Of a stretch of 64,000 nucleotides of DNA, positions 1 to 13,035 are shown one piece after another. The position numbers and the translations under genes are program-made. The DNA is taken from the NCBI GenBank assembly GCA_964016885.1, contig OZ024741.1, positions 79,360,001 to 79,424,000 on the forward strand, given 5' to 3'. Within the stretch, counting starts at the first letter, position 1. Every line of letters starts with the position of its first letter. Origin of the DNA: Eledone cirrhosa (lineage: Eukaryota). The notes below the pieces were generated by a model, which saw nothing but the letters and a program-made list of their open reading frames with translations, ran no database searches and was not told the DNA's origin.

Positions 1-42
1 ATTTTATCGACCCCGTAAGGATGAAAGGCAAAGTTAACCTGA
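1..42 (-). mobile_element. tRNA-derived SINE fragment (window edge)
   Basis: ATTTTATCGACCCCGTAAGGATGAAAGGCAAAGTTAACCT matches the reverse complement of the SINE body at 47498-47688. Confidence 0.8.
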
Positions 43-359
43 CCTTTCGAAGGTATACAAACGACCAAAATTTACAAAACTGACCTCTATATTTATATAC
101 TGATCGGACAATAGCACATTTGCCCAATGAGTAATACTTGTCCTTGTTTCGACCAATCCATTTTGTATGCCAAATATTCACACATCTTCCCTTTGGATTA
201 TTTTACATTCGTAGAAAAGCAATGATTTAGTCTTTCTTGATACCATGTTTCTTCTTCTGCGGCTGAAATAGGAATGTTACATAACAGCCTTATTACTTAA
301 TATGTTGCCTGTCTTGTTGGTGGTTGTTTGAAGACTGCATTGCATAAACCAAAATCTTT

Positions 360-1479
360 ACTTATCCTGGCTGATAAAAGTAAAAGTATTTACAGTGTGG
401 ATTTAAAAACATTCATATCTTTTTGTATATAAGGAATTGAATAAAAACTACAAAGGACTGTGCATGAAGCCTAAGTGATGAAACAGGGAGATATATAACT
501 TTGTGAATAAATTAGACCTAAAAGGTCATACTGAACCTTTCATCCTTGAAACCCCGAAATTCACATTAAAGGACCATAAAGATGATTATAACAACAACCC
601 ATCAATTAGATTATTATACCCATCTACTTCAGACATAGGATTAGTAAAAAAGAATCTAAACAGGATAATACATGCCTTAAAATCGAGATTAAACCTACAA
701 ATATGGGATGACACCAATGAAGTAGTAAACTGATTCATGAAGCTTAAGAACAAAAGTAAAATGAACTCCATGCAGTTCGACGTAGAAAGTTACTACTCTT
801 ATATCTCCCCCTAACCTTCTAAATAGATATCTAATTATGGCGAAAAGCGCATTTAACTTGACGAGGGCTCAAATATATCTTATACTTACCACAAGAAAGA
901 CCATAATCGAATTCGATGGAAGCCTTTGGACCGTAAAAACCGCACTGATAGTGTCGATATCATTATGGGATCGAGTGATTCTGGTAAGATTACTGACTTC
1001 GTTGGTATTTTCGTACTAAGCAAACTAAAAGTATCTTCTCTTCATTTGAAGGGGGTTTATATAATGATGATGTCATCTTTATTATTTGTAGGACTAGTAG
1101 AAATCTTGAAACAAATAAGAAATGCTTGCATAGATTTTTGAAAGTTTATAACTTAGCTATAACTATTGGTAATAGTAATAGAGAAGTAAATTTCTTGGAT
1201 GCAACTTTTGATCTTGATTTCGGGCAATATAAACCTTTCATAACCCCATGAACAGCTTTTCTATGTTAATAATCTATCTAATCTCTCTAGATCCATATTC
1301 AAATCAATAGTACACAGGCTTAATTCCAATAGCATTATTTTTTACCAGTGTGCACAATATTACAATAAGGCATTAATTAGATCATGCTATAACGAGAAAA
1401 TCCAGTATAACGTAAGGGAAACAGACATTCTAATATTATCTCACACAATATGTCTTCACCTAAACATAGCTCAAACATA

Positions 1480-1555
<76 letters not shown>

Positions 1556-2765
1556 CTGAAAATGATAACTCTATTGATTACACTCACAATCCTATTTCCC
1601 TCCCTCGTAATGTGTTAATACTCTAAATGTAAATAGAAAATAAACCGCAGATCTTCCACCTGGTTTAAACCACCATTTCGTAAAAGTTTTGCCTTGAAAA
1701 TAATGTGGTTTACCAATGTGATGTTTCTACAATTTACAGCACACAAATTTATATTAGAGCAGTATGTAATAAGTTTAAGTCTCAATTTTATTAACATTTA
1801 TTTTCGTTTAAGAATGAAAAATTCAAAATCTCTACTTCCCTCGCACATTTCATTTGGGGATTTGAAAAACTAGAATGCCAGTTTGTATCTTAATTTGGGT
1901 TATCCTAGACATAGCCTCAGCATATAAACCATGGAAAATGCAATTTATGTTTCACAGAGATCTTTCAACTAATCTAAGTTACCTACTTTAAATAGAAAAT
2001 CGGGAACTTTTTCCCACTTGCTTACACAGAAATTCCCAATCATTTTGCTGTAAAAACTTCGACCCAATTTAATAATAATCAATACTAATTATCAGCTACT
2101 TCATAGTTTTGTAAATTTATTATTTATATGTATATTGATTTTTAACATATTTAATTTTCTAAATTAATTATACTAGTGCATACATATATAGTTATTTGTT
2201 TACTATTATGTCTATATGTTCTTGGTCATATGTTTTATGGTATATTTTGTATACATAATTTATGACCATTTCCTGCATGCCTGAGATTCTTTGTATTTTT
2301 TATATTTTTCTTGATGTGTAATCTAGTTTATTCTATTATGAATGAATCCTCCGTTTGTTTTATTCATATTCATTTACTTTTATTTTTATTATTTATTCGT
2401 TTTTTAAATGTAAAGGGCTTTCCAACTTTAATCCAGTGTTTTTTCTGGAGAGATTTTTGAGGAGAAATCGGTGTATTGTCTTTATAATTATCATATCATT
2501 AATATAATTAATTAACCATTCAATCATTAAATAATTTTAAATTTATGTTTATGGACTGAAACGTTCGTAGAAAAATAAGTTTTTAATCGAGTGAATTTTT
2601 TGGTTATTTTCTTTTGGAAAACATTTTATGGTCTGTGATACGGCTTATCTTCAATAGATCTTACTCCAAGTAATTTGCATGATTACTGATGACAAATTAT
2701 TGAGCGTTTATTTATCCTGATAAATATAACTTCAGTGGATGTCTCCATTTATAAAATAATATCTT
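360..2765 (+). mobile_element. Decayed Penelope-like element (Naiad-type RT) with 3' pseudo-LTR ending in (TA)n
   Basis: Fragmented peptides LKDHKDDYNNNPSIRLLYP and MGSSDSGKITDFVGIFVL are homologous to the PLE at 27308-29284; many stops; degenerate HHR at 2441-2575. Confidence 0.75.
2441..2575 (+). ncRNA. Degenerate type I hammerhead ribozyme with ~105-nt stem II region
   Basis: tttt-CTGGAGA (A6G) ... GAAA-cgttcg-TA-gaaa at the 3' end of a PLE. Confidence 0.4.
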
Positions 2766-2799
2766 ATATATATACATACATACATACATACATACATAC

Positions 2800-2850
<51 letters not shown>

Positions 2851-2989
2851 GTGTGCGTGTGGGGGATGGGTGATTGTCTGCTCCTTCCAGAGCTTCAGAT
2901 CTTCTTGTACCTATAATTTCTCTTTCCTAGCGTGAGATCTTGAACGATATTTGAGCCCTGAAAGGCGTTTGAAGAGCTGACTGCAAATA

Positions 2990-4900
2990 GTGCAGCAATG
3001 TCTCATTTCAACATTGGCTCCATTTTCCGCTTGTTTGTTATGAATGTTCAAGTACCGCTTTAAAACTCGACGTAACTTGCAGGGTTTTTTTTACAAACAT
3101 GGCATCCGGAATAAAATTGCAATAATTCATGTGCGCTTTATCTGCATGACCGCACTGGTGCGATAATGTACTAGCATGAGATATGTGTACTTATGTGCAT
3201 AAGAAACATTTAAAGAAAGAATGAGAATCACTCCCAACACTATTGCTATTAATCTCATTTTTATAAACTTTCCCCTTCGTTTCAACATGCTTAAATCTGT
3301 CACGCTCAAAATCTTTAACACCGCTCCAAATTGTAGCTTGCCATGTTTCCTTATCTGCAGCAAGTGATTCAAGACTTTTGTAACATAATTCAAGAAATTT
3401 TGATTTTGATTTTAAAGAAATGTTTACTCTTTTTTTTCTCTTTCCTATCCGTAAAACATTTGTGCTAATCATCCATGCGGATGAGATGGCCTGTCCAGCG
3501 TAGTTGATTCCTAATAAACATAGATTGGATTGATTTGATTCTAGCTTCAGCGAGAACCTTAGTGTTAGGAAAGAGTGGGGACCAGCTTATTTCAAGTATG
3601 TGGCAGAGGCATTTCTGGTGAAATCTTTCCAATATTTGTTTACATGACGCATGTATATTGTTCAAATTTCAGAAGAAAACAACAATGCAGAAAGAACAAA
3701 TTAGACATATACCATAATCTTACTGTCAGCCTGGACCAGACCTTACTGCCTTTGAATACAAGAAGTGATTTCGGTGTCTAAGTTTCCATCAACATGTACC
3801 AAACTACCCAGGTATACAAAAGAAGTTACAACTTTAAGCACTGTACCCGTAACCAGTATTTGAGATGCTCTGATTTGTTCTCCAGGAGTAGGTTGATGTA
3901 TTACAACAGTTTTTCTTTTCAAATTAATTGTGAAACCAAATACGTTACATGTAGAATCTAACGCACTAATTAGGTTCTGTAAGCCTTGCTCAATGTGACT
4001 TACTAGGTCACAGTCGTCTGCGTATAAACGATCATTACTAGAGAGGTAAAGACTTTAGATTTGAAGTTCATTTTCGTCAGATCGAACACCTTTTTTGAAG
4101 AGCGATATCGCAAATATAAGCCTTCTGTTGAAATTGCAAATGCGTTTCATAGCATAGTTGCAAAATATATGGAGAAGGGTGTTGGTGCTTCGAGATCTCT
4201 TTGCTTAACTCCATTTTCAACTGGAAATGGTTCCGATAAGGTTTCACCAAAGTTAACCCGGGCTTTCATATCCTTATAGAGAGCCTTGATTATACTTACA
4301 AACTTTTCAGGGCAACCAAATTTCTTCGACACTAGCCAGAGTGCATTTCTGTTAACCATGTCAAATAAGTTCCAAATAAGAATGACATAAGCCTACGTTT
4401 TGTTTGTTGCATTTCTCTTGTAGCTAATGGAGAGTAAAGATTTTATCAACTGTTCCTCGGGAAGCGCAGAAACGATATTGTGACTCCAATATAGCTCTCG
4501 GAACAATGAATTTATCAAGGCGCTCTAAGAGAACACGAGAAAGCAACTTTCCAACAACTGACAACAAAGATATTCGACGGAGATTTCCACATACCTCCTT
4601 GGGATCAGATATATAGAGAGAAATGAGAATAGCATCAAACTAGTCTTGAAGCACATCCTCGTTTCTCCTTTATCATACAATTATAGAATGAAGTAATTCG
4701 GTCACCAGACTTCAGAATTTCCGAATTAATGCTATCAATAACCGGGTCTTTATTGACATTGAGCTTTTATTCAGCTGCTGCTATATCATCTTGTACTGGT
4801 TCAACAGACAGTTCTTTGACAACAGAAAAGTCCACCATTTCCTCAATTATTCTCATATTTACAATTGATTGTCTATTGAGAAGATTAGAATAGTGTTGTG
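2990..4900 (-). mobile_element. Decayed RTE-clade LINE (RT region)
   Basis: Peptides FGCPEKFVSIIKALY, GVKQRDLEAPTPFSIYF and QLRWTGHLIRM are typical of RTE ORFs; multiple stops. Confidence 0.8.
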
Positions 4901-4959
4901 CTCATCAGTTTTGTAAAGAGCTGTTGGCCATCAATAGATCTCACTGGTGAAGCAGTATA

Positions 4960-5400
4960 ATCACCAATTGTTACATGGGAAAAAGTGAAGCTCTAAACAG
5001 AAGCAAATACAGAGGTATTAAACTGATGGATCAAAGTATGAAAGTAATCGAGTGAGTGTTAGCATAACTAATTAGGGAAATAATCAAATTGGATGAGATG
5101 GTGTTTTGTTTGCCAGAAAGGAGTATCGCCAATGTAAGAATAGCCCTTAGCTAAGTGTGTATCTAGTTTTTGTAAATCTGGAAAAGGGCTTTGAGAGAGT
5201 ACCACAATCTGTTATCTGGTGGTTCTTAAAGAAACTAGGTATAGTTGAGTGGCCCATGAAGACAGTGCCAGCTATATACAGAAGTGATGTCAGTAAAGAG
5301 TGAGTAGGTCATAAGTTGAGTGAGGAAATGAGTGTGCAAGTAGGTGTTAACCACAGCTCAATCTCCAAGCCTCTTCTGTTTATTATAGTTCTCTGGGTCA
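4960..5400 (+). mobile_element. Second decayed RTE-like RT fragment
   Basis: Manual translation gives YRGIKLMDQ, FVNLEKGFERVP and PLLFIIVL, matching non-LTR RT motifs. Confidence 0.6.
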
Positions 5401-5404
5401 TTGT

Positions 5405-5650
5405 TTGGCAAGATTTCTACGGATTGATGCCCCTCCTATCACCAGCCACTTCACAGCGTATAGTGAGTGCGTTTATCATGTAAATCACCAACACTTGGGA
5501 TGTTGACATTTCCTTGACACGACTGAAGGTTCTTCCTGATCCTTTGTCTCGCAAGCTTTCTACGGCTGGATGCCCTCCATATCACAAACCACTTTACAGC
5601 ATGTAGTGGGTGCGTTTATCGTGTAAATCAACAACACTGGGGAAACTGAA
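5405..5650. repeat. Two ~140-bp tandem copies of a dispersed repeat (TTCTACGGNTNGATGCCC...)
   Basis: Direct repeat visible at ~5415 and ~5558. Confidence 0.6.
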
Positions 5651-6048
5651 GAGTCCTCCCAATATACATACATGTATGTATGTATGTATGTATGTATGTA
5701 TGTATGTATGTATGTATGTATGTATGTATGCATGTATGTATGTATTTATGTATGTATGTATGTATGTAAGTATGTATGTATGTATATAAGTATTATGTCT
5801 GTATGCGCGTGCGTGTGGGTGTTTTCTTTGGCATTATCTATCCATTCAAGCAGGGAACTAGTTAAATAGAGCTAAGGATAACAGAAAGAAATATATATAT
5901 AAACGGACGAAAGCGCATTTCTTCCGACTCACCTGCCAGAATGTATTATTTTAAATACAGATGCGTTGTAGTTTTTCAGAGCTTAAATACTCATCAGAGA
6001 ACAAACAAACTCTACTGAAAGAACTACAAAGCGAAAAGGGGGAGACAC

Positions 6049-6150
<102 letters not shown>

Positions 6151-6606
6151 AGAGACCGAAGAGAAAGAGAGAGAGAGGGGAGCAGAGAGAAAGAGAGAAA
6201 AACCCACAGAGGAGAGTGTGAGAGAGAGAGTGGGGTGAATGGTAGTGAGAAACTGTTAGAAAGAGGTTTATTGAAGTCGCCCAAGAAGTAGAAGGGAGAA
6301 GAAAACAATAACCAGTGGTTAATGAAATGAAAATAGAATAACAGATGTTGAAGAACGCCGCCTTGCTGTTTGCCATTCAGATGACAATTTAATCATATGA
6401 ACACCATCAACAGCAACAGCTGTCAAACCAACAGGTTACTCTCTTTTGTGAAAAAGATTTCACTAGTGATTATACTTTCTTTCATTCGTATTTCTTCCTT
6501 GTGTGTTTTGTTTTATGTTTTGTTTAAATAACGCCCATTCCTCATACAGCAAACACCACCCAAACACACATACACATACATATATGTATATACACATTCA
6601 AGTATG

Positions 6607-6717
<111 letters not shown>

Positions 6718-6734
6718 AACGAAGGAAGTGGTTG

Positions 6735-6769
<35 letters not shown>

Positions 6770-6777
<8 letters not shown>

Positions 6778-7342
6778 TAAACAAATAATGAATAAAACAA
6801 TGAAACAGTTCCTTATATTAAACAAAAAAAGTTCATTATTTAACGATCGTTTCTAGGATATATATGTGTTAGAATTGGCATGCATATTCAACAGATCTAT
6901 GTACAAAATTATACAAAATTATACAAACTATCAAGATTAAATATACATACCAAACACACATATATGCCGTCTTCAGAAGACGGCATATATGTGTGTTTGG
7001 TATATATGTTTGGCATATATGTGTGTTTGGTATGTATATTTAATCTTGATAGTTTGTATAATTTTGTATAATTTTGTACATAGATCTGTTGAATATGCAT
7101 GCCAATTCTAACACATATATATCCTAGAAACGATCGTTAAATAATGAACTTTTTTTGTTTAATATAAGGAACTGTTTCATTGTTTTATTCATTATTTGTT
7201 TAATATTTTATCTTGACTCTGTATTCCGTTTATCTTTCACCGAAAGTGATTTTTCATTACATCTCTTCTTTCCATGATATCCGGAATACATTGAGTTCTT
7301 CATACGGATTGGACACTACCGTAAACTCTTGGTAGATTTATC

Positions 7343-7345
<3 letters not shown>
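6770..7345. mobile_element. Fold-back (palindromic) HHR-bearing non-autonomous element in (TA)n
   Basis: 6770-6974 is the reverse complement of 6976-7210 (right arm has a ~29-bp internal duplication); apex GCCGTCTTC-A-GAAGACGGC; unique tail to ~7345; (TA)n on both sides. Confidence 0.85.
6842..6976 (-). ncRNA. Hammerhead motif with long stem II, 5' strand of stem I lost at the fold-back apex
   Basis: CTGAAGA-cggcatatatgtgt...acacatatatatccta-GAAA-cgatcg-TT. Confidence 0.6.
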
Positions 7346-7378
<33 letters not shown>

Positions 7379-7382
<4 letters not shown>

Positions 7383-7824
7383 ACGAAGGTAGTGGTTGTT
7401 AGATGAAATAACAAGAATAGCTGATTTACTTTATATGTGAGAAGGTTTACTTCACTTCAGTCGAAAAGAACAACACATAAGTTACCACGAGTCGCAAAGG
7501 CTGACGGTGTTATTTTGTTGTTGGTTCATGAGGCTGGTGTAGTCTGAGACCAGGAGAGAGAGAGAGTAATGGTCTGTGGTTGTCTGTAGACCTCGGCGGC
7601 CTGTAGGTAGCGGTGAATCTTTACATAGCTATTCTATATCGTACTGCTCCGATCTCTCTGTGTGTTAGACGTGGGATGATACAGGCTTTTATACCTGCCA
7701 CCTTCTGTCTCCCGCCTCGAGGGATCGCCCACGCATGAACCTGTCCACGCCGAAAAGGATGGTGACCTAGAATTTGACTTTTAAGTATCACTCAGGGTTC
7801 AAGGCGTGGACAGATTTCACTACA
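7379..7824 (-). mobile_element. Probable solo LTR
   Basis: TGTA...TACA termini, 446 bp, TATAAAA on the minus strand near 7686-7692, flanked by TA repeats. Confidence 0.55.
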
Positions 7825-7837
7825 TATATATATATAA

Positions 7838-8220
7838 AATAATAGCGCAAGGTCTTCAAAATGTTTTTAATTAATCATACAGTATATTGCCAAATATACT
7901 GTATATATATTCATGTATACATCGCTATTTCAGAGCACCAATTCTAATTTTCAATTTTTGCTGGACCGGCAATCGCTCTGTATAATCAGTTCCTGATTAT
8001 TACTGGAATTCTATAAGAATCCAGCATCTATAATTTTCAACAGGCATCGTCGAGTGCTAAGCTCTGATGATCACCAACAGATCTCTCAGCTTATCTCCCT
8101 TTCTTTGTTGAAAAAAGAAGTGACATAGTCACTACTTTAAAGTAATAGCGCAAGGTCTTCAAAATGTTTTTATTTAAGCATACAGTATATTGCCAAATAT
8201 ACTATATATATATTCATATA
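7838..8220 (+). mobile_element. Retrozyme/pLTR-like element, ~1.25 tandem units (period 303 bp); HHR inactivated by deletion
   Basis: AATAGCGCAAGGTCTTCAAAATG at 7841 and 8144; same family as 51874-52270; CTGATGA at 8064 but the GAAA segment is deleted. Confidence 0.8.
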
Positions 8221-8224
8221 TATA

Positions 8225-8313
<89 letters not shown>

Positions 8314-8320
8314 ATGTATG

Positions 8321-8387
<67 letters not shown>

Positions 8388-8502
8388 GTGTGTATATATA
8401 TATATAAATGAAGTAATTCCGTCGGAAAAGTCCAGGAAAAAAGAGTGCTCTATGTAGGTAACAGAGCTTAATAGTTATGTAATAAACAACATAAGGCAAT
8501 TA

Positions 8503-8562
8503 TTCCATTTACCAGTGGTTTCTTAAAAGCAAAAAATTTTGCTTTCAATCATCAGAATGAAA
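8503..8562 (-). ncRNA. Type I hammerhead ribozyme (complete)
   Basis: tttcatt-CTGATGA-ttgaaagcaaaa/ttttgcttttaa-GAAA-ccactgg-TA-aatggaa; all three stems pair; GUA cleavage triplet. Confidence 0.85.
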
Positions 8563-8672
8563 AAATCCTGGTCTATTTATTGATATTGGATTCTAAAAAC
8601 AAACATGCAATCTATATGAAAGTGAGGCTGGAGAAGGAAGAAGGAAAGGAAAAATAAAATAAAAACACACAT

Positions 8673-8769
<97 letters not shown>

Positions 8770-9617
8770 CACATACATACACACATAAATATCAACATAT
8801 CCATACATACACATACATATATACAACCACACACACATATATACACACATATATATAGAAACATAAATATATATATATATATATAGATATATATATATAT
8901 ACATATATGCATACACATACGCATACATAGCCATACACACATACATATACATACATACATACATACACACAATCATACCTATATACACACATACATATAT
9001 GCATGCACAAAATTAGAAAAATAAATATATATTTTTCTAATTTTGTGCATGCATATGTATGCATTTATGTATGTGTATGGATGTACGTGGTTGTTTGCCG
9101 AATTGGCTCAGCGCTTCCCCTATTTCGGCGGCTGAAATCGGCCTCTCGCAGGACTTCGCCTCCCCGTCCGAGAGCCGCGCCAGACCGTCGAAGTATGGAC
9201 CGAAATCCATGGCCCCACCCGGCCCGCCGCCCCTCCCGAACAGTCGTGCTAAACGCCGGTGGAAACCGAAGGGATCACTTTCACCTACGCAGCGAACAAA
9301 CCGCACCTAATGATGATTAGGGTCCCAACGGAAACCTATGTAACTTTGAAAAAGAACCATCCAATGCATGTGGGGACCAACTGCACCAAACCACTTAACC
9401 ACGTCCTATTGAGATGTTTCCCCACCCCCACACCAGACACCCACACCCAACCAAACACCCTAATCCCACCACACACTGATGTCCTCACCCCACCACAAAT
9501 CACCACCCCACCAAACAACCCTTCCAACACCTCCATGGAAATTGTGCAGCCTAGTCCCAGGTGACGAAGAGGTAAGTCATTTCCTTTCCTCTTCCTTTTT
9601 AACTCTTCAGCACCAAC

Positions 9618-11366
9618 ATGGCCAATATAAGAGTTGGATGTGTGAATGCACGCGGCCTGGGGATGTCCTGGAAACAGGGTAAACTCTTAAATGACCTCAG
9701 GTCGCACAGAGTGGATGTAATGGTTATTTGCGAGTCCAGGATCAGCAGCGAGCGCCAACTGGCCCCCCTCTTCGACGACTTTGAGATCTACGCATCTCTC
9801 TGTCAGCCGAGGGGTGGGGGTGGGGTTGTCGTTCTGCTGCGAAAATACCTGGGTCTTGCCACACAGAAGGTACACCTGGACCCGGAGGGTCGACTGGTGG
9901 TTTTAGACGTCGGCAGTGGTGAAGGTGGAGCTTTCAGGCTGGTGGCAGCGTATGACTCATCTGGCACACCGCGACCGGACTTCTTCCGACGCCTGGAGAA
10001 TTTCCTGGGAACGTCTCGCTCCTTGCTTTTAGTGGGGGACTGGAATGGTATCCTGGATGCACGTTTGGACTATGTCGGGGCATGTCTCGATAGAGGGGGG
10101 TGTAACAGCCTCAAACGATTAATCGGCCGATTTGATCTGGCCGATAGATATCGACTAGATTTTCCGACTGTGCCACTGTGGACGTGGACTAATCGCAGCG
10201 GAACATCTAGGTCGTACCTAGATAGGTTCCTAGTTAGAAATAAGGATAGAGACATATTAAGCTGTCCACGAATGTTCATGGTTGACTATTCGGATCACAA
10301 GTTGGTGACCCGAGTGGTCATCCTTGATAGAACTCATAGACAGGGACCCGGTTACTGGAAGCTAAACTTGTCTTTACCGACAAACAAAGCTTACAGTAAG
10401 CGGATAAGCACACTGGTTAAGCAGCGTTTGACGGGGGAAATTGTCAACAGCAGGTGGTGGGGATCTCTCAAGAGAGAAATTAGAATAGAATCGATAGGTT
10501 TTAGTCGGGAATTAGTATCAGATAGGAATAGAACTGAAAGGGAATTAACAAATAGAGTAGAAGAGGCGATTAGGAGTGGCAAGGTGGCCGGCGTGCTGGC
10601 GTCAAGAACGGCCCTATACCAGTTCTTTGATGCGAAGCACGGGGGCTGCGTTGTCAGGAGTAAAATATGTGCTCTGGGTAACGAGGGAGCCAAAGCTGTT
10701 AGCTGGGCCCGAGTGACAGAGGCAAAAAGTGGAAACAAGTCCACGATTCGGTCTTTGAAGGACCAGGATGGACGCGTGATCCTTGAACCTGAGCGGATGA
10801 GCGCGGCCTTTCAACGGCGCTTAGCACGACTGTTTGGGAGGGGCGGCGGGCCGGGTGGGGCCATGGATTTCGGTCCATACCTCGACGGTATGGCGCGGCT
10901 CTCGGACGGGGAGGCGAAGTCTTGCGAGAGGCAGATTTCAGCCGCTGAAATAGGGGAAGCGCTGAGCCAATGCGGCAAACGCAAATCTCCGGGTCTCGAT
11001 GGTCTACCATACGAACTTTATGTAGCGATGCCGGGCTTGTTCTCCGGTCTCCTCGAGGCGGTCTACTGCAACTGGCAACAGAACGGGAGAATTCCCAGTT
11101 CTGTGACCAAGGGCGTAGTCACGCTGGTGAGGAAGGACGAGAACAAGGGGGATGACATAGATAACTTCAGGCCCATAACTCTGCTAAACACAGAGTTAAA
11201 GATTTTGGCCAAGGTGTTAGCGAAGAGGTTGGCGCTTGTCGTCGGGAACCTGGTGGGAGAAGCACAGACATGCGCAATCCCGTCCAGGTCCATACACGAC
11301 AACCTCCACCTCATGCGATACATCGTAGAGAGGATAGGGAACGAACCCGGCTTTGGATCAATCTAA
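9618..11366 (+). pseudogene. ORF2 N-terminal part: apurinic endonuclease plus start of RT
   Basis: CVNARGL, GDWN, SYLDRF, SDH, GPGYWKLN, KSPGLDG, NFRPITLLN motifs. Confidence 0.9.
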
Positions 11367-13035
11367 GGCGTTCGATAGGGTTGACCATCGGTACCTGGAT
11401 GCGGTGCTCGCGGAGGAAGGCTTCGGACCCGTTTTCAGGGGCTGGATTGCTGCAATGCACAGCAGCAACACCTGCTCGAGGGTCAAGGTGAATGGCTACC
11501 TCTCGGAGCCGTTCCAAATCACGCGATCCATCCGACAGGGATGCCCTCTCTCCTCCCTTCTGTATGTGCTGGCTCTCAAGCCATTACTGCGGAAGCTGGA
11601 GCTGTTGCAGGGCATCCCCTTGGAACTGGGATTGCGGATAGCGGTGTCGGCCTACGCCGATGACGTGACAGTAATGGTATCGTGCGCCTCGGAAATTGGG
11701 CAGATCGGCACCTTACTGGAGGAATATGAAAGGTTCACAGGAGCCAAGCTGAACAGGGACAAGTCCGTCGGTTTGCAACTCTGGACGTGGAGGGGCAAAA
11801 CGATTACCTCCGACGGCATCGTCAGACGCTGGACAGAGGGACCGGTGAAGCTGCTAGGGGTCTGGTTCGGACCGGACCTCCAGGTGGAGAAAAACTGGGA
11901 CGAGGTAACGGGCAAGGTGTTAGCACTCGCCCAGAAGTGGGCCGAGTGCAAACTATCCCTGAAAGGTCGAGCGGAGGTGGCGAACGCTTATATAGCCTCC
12001 GTCATCTACTACCGCTTGACCGTCGAGCCTTTCCTAGAGAAAACACTCGCCAAAATGGAGCGCGTGCTCTTCCGATTTCTTTGGAAGAAGCGGGATCCTT
12101 TGGTGAGAAGATCCATCTGCTGTCAACACCCTTCGAACGGATGGCTGGGGATGACGTTGCTGACGATGCGTAGACACGCATTAAGGCTACGGCACCTCCA
12201 GGTATTCCTCACCGGTCAGCCGGTGTTGGCCCTGTTTGTGAGGCGAGCCTTTCCGAGACTCGTCTCACTCACCGAGCTGCAATCCTGGGTCAAGCAAAGA
12301 CCGAGAAAAGTGGGCGACTGGCACATTGAATGTGCCCAGGCGCTCACGGCCCTCTGGCAAGCGGATCCGGCAATCAGTGGAGACTCAACCTCAACATTCT
12401 ATAGAGGGTTGGTGCGCAGCAAGTGCGACGACGCTCTCGGAGAGGCTCTGGGCATGGAGGAAGATGAGCTGGCCAGTCTGTTCGGTAGGACATTTGGCTC
12501 GGGACCGATGGACAACTTCCAAAAGTCCCTGGCTTGGCAATGTTACCGAGGAGTTCTACCCGTTCGGGACAAGCTCTACAGATATGGGCGCCCGGGTAGG
12601 GACCCCTCGAAGAAGATCTGTCCGAGATGCGTGCGTCACGAGGAAACCGTCGCACACGCATTCGTACACTGCCCGGGCGTTGCTGACCTGTGGGGCTATG
12701 TGGAACGACTACTGTCGCGGGTGGGACCAATCCGGTTGACCACCGAGAACATTGTCACGATCAAACCGCCTCCCCCTTTCAAAAACGAAGGAGAGGCGGT
12801 TTTCCTCTGTGTGATAGCCATGGCGAAAGAAGTTGTATGGTGGACAAGGTTGAAAGGGCTGAGGTCAGATACCTTTCTCTCAGGCCAACAACTGGTCTTT
12901 TTTTCCAAGTACCACTTTAGAAGAAGGATCAGAATGGAGAGAGAGGTGCTCTACCCCAGCAAGTTTTATGAAGGGTGGGTGGAAGTAGCGAGAATGGCCC
13001 GAGTGAATGGGCCCTCTCTCTATATCAGCCTGTAG
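11353..13035 (+). pseudogene. ORF2 C-terminal part: RT core plus C-terminal CCHC (zf-RVT); joined to the upstream ORF by a frameshifting deletion
   Basis: DQSKAFDRV, IRQGCPLS, YADD, CPRC...HAFVHC motifs. Confidence 0.9.

Noticed and set aside
5960-6000. Minus-strand CTGATGA...GAAA as a hammerhead
   Set aside because: Stems II and III do not pair
6880-7100. Mirror-image 63-aa ORFs on both strands
   Set aside because: A consequence of the DNA palindrome, not coding
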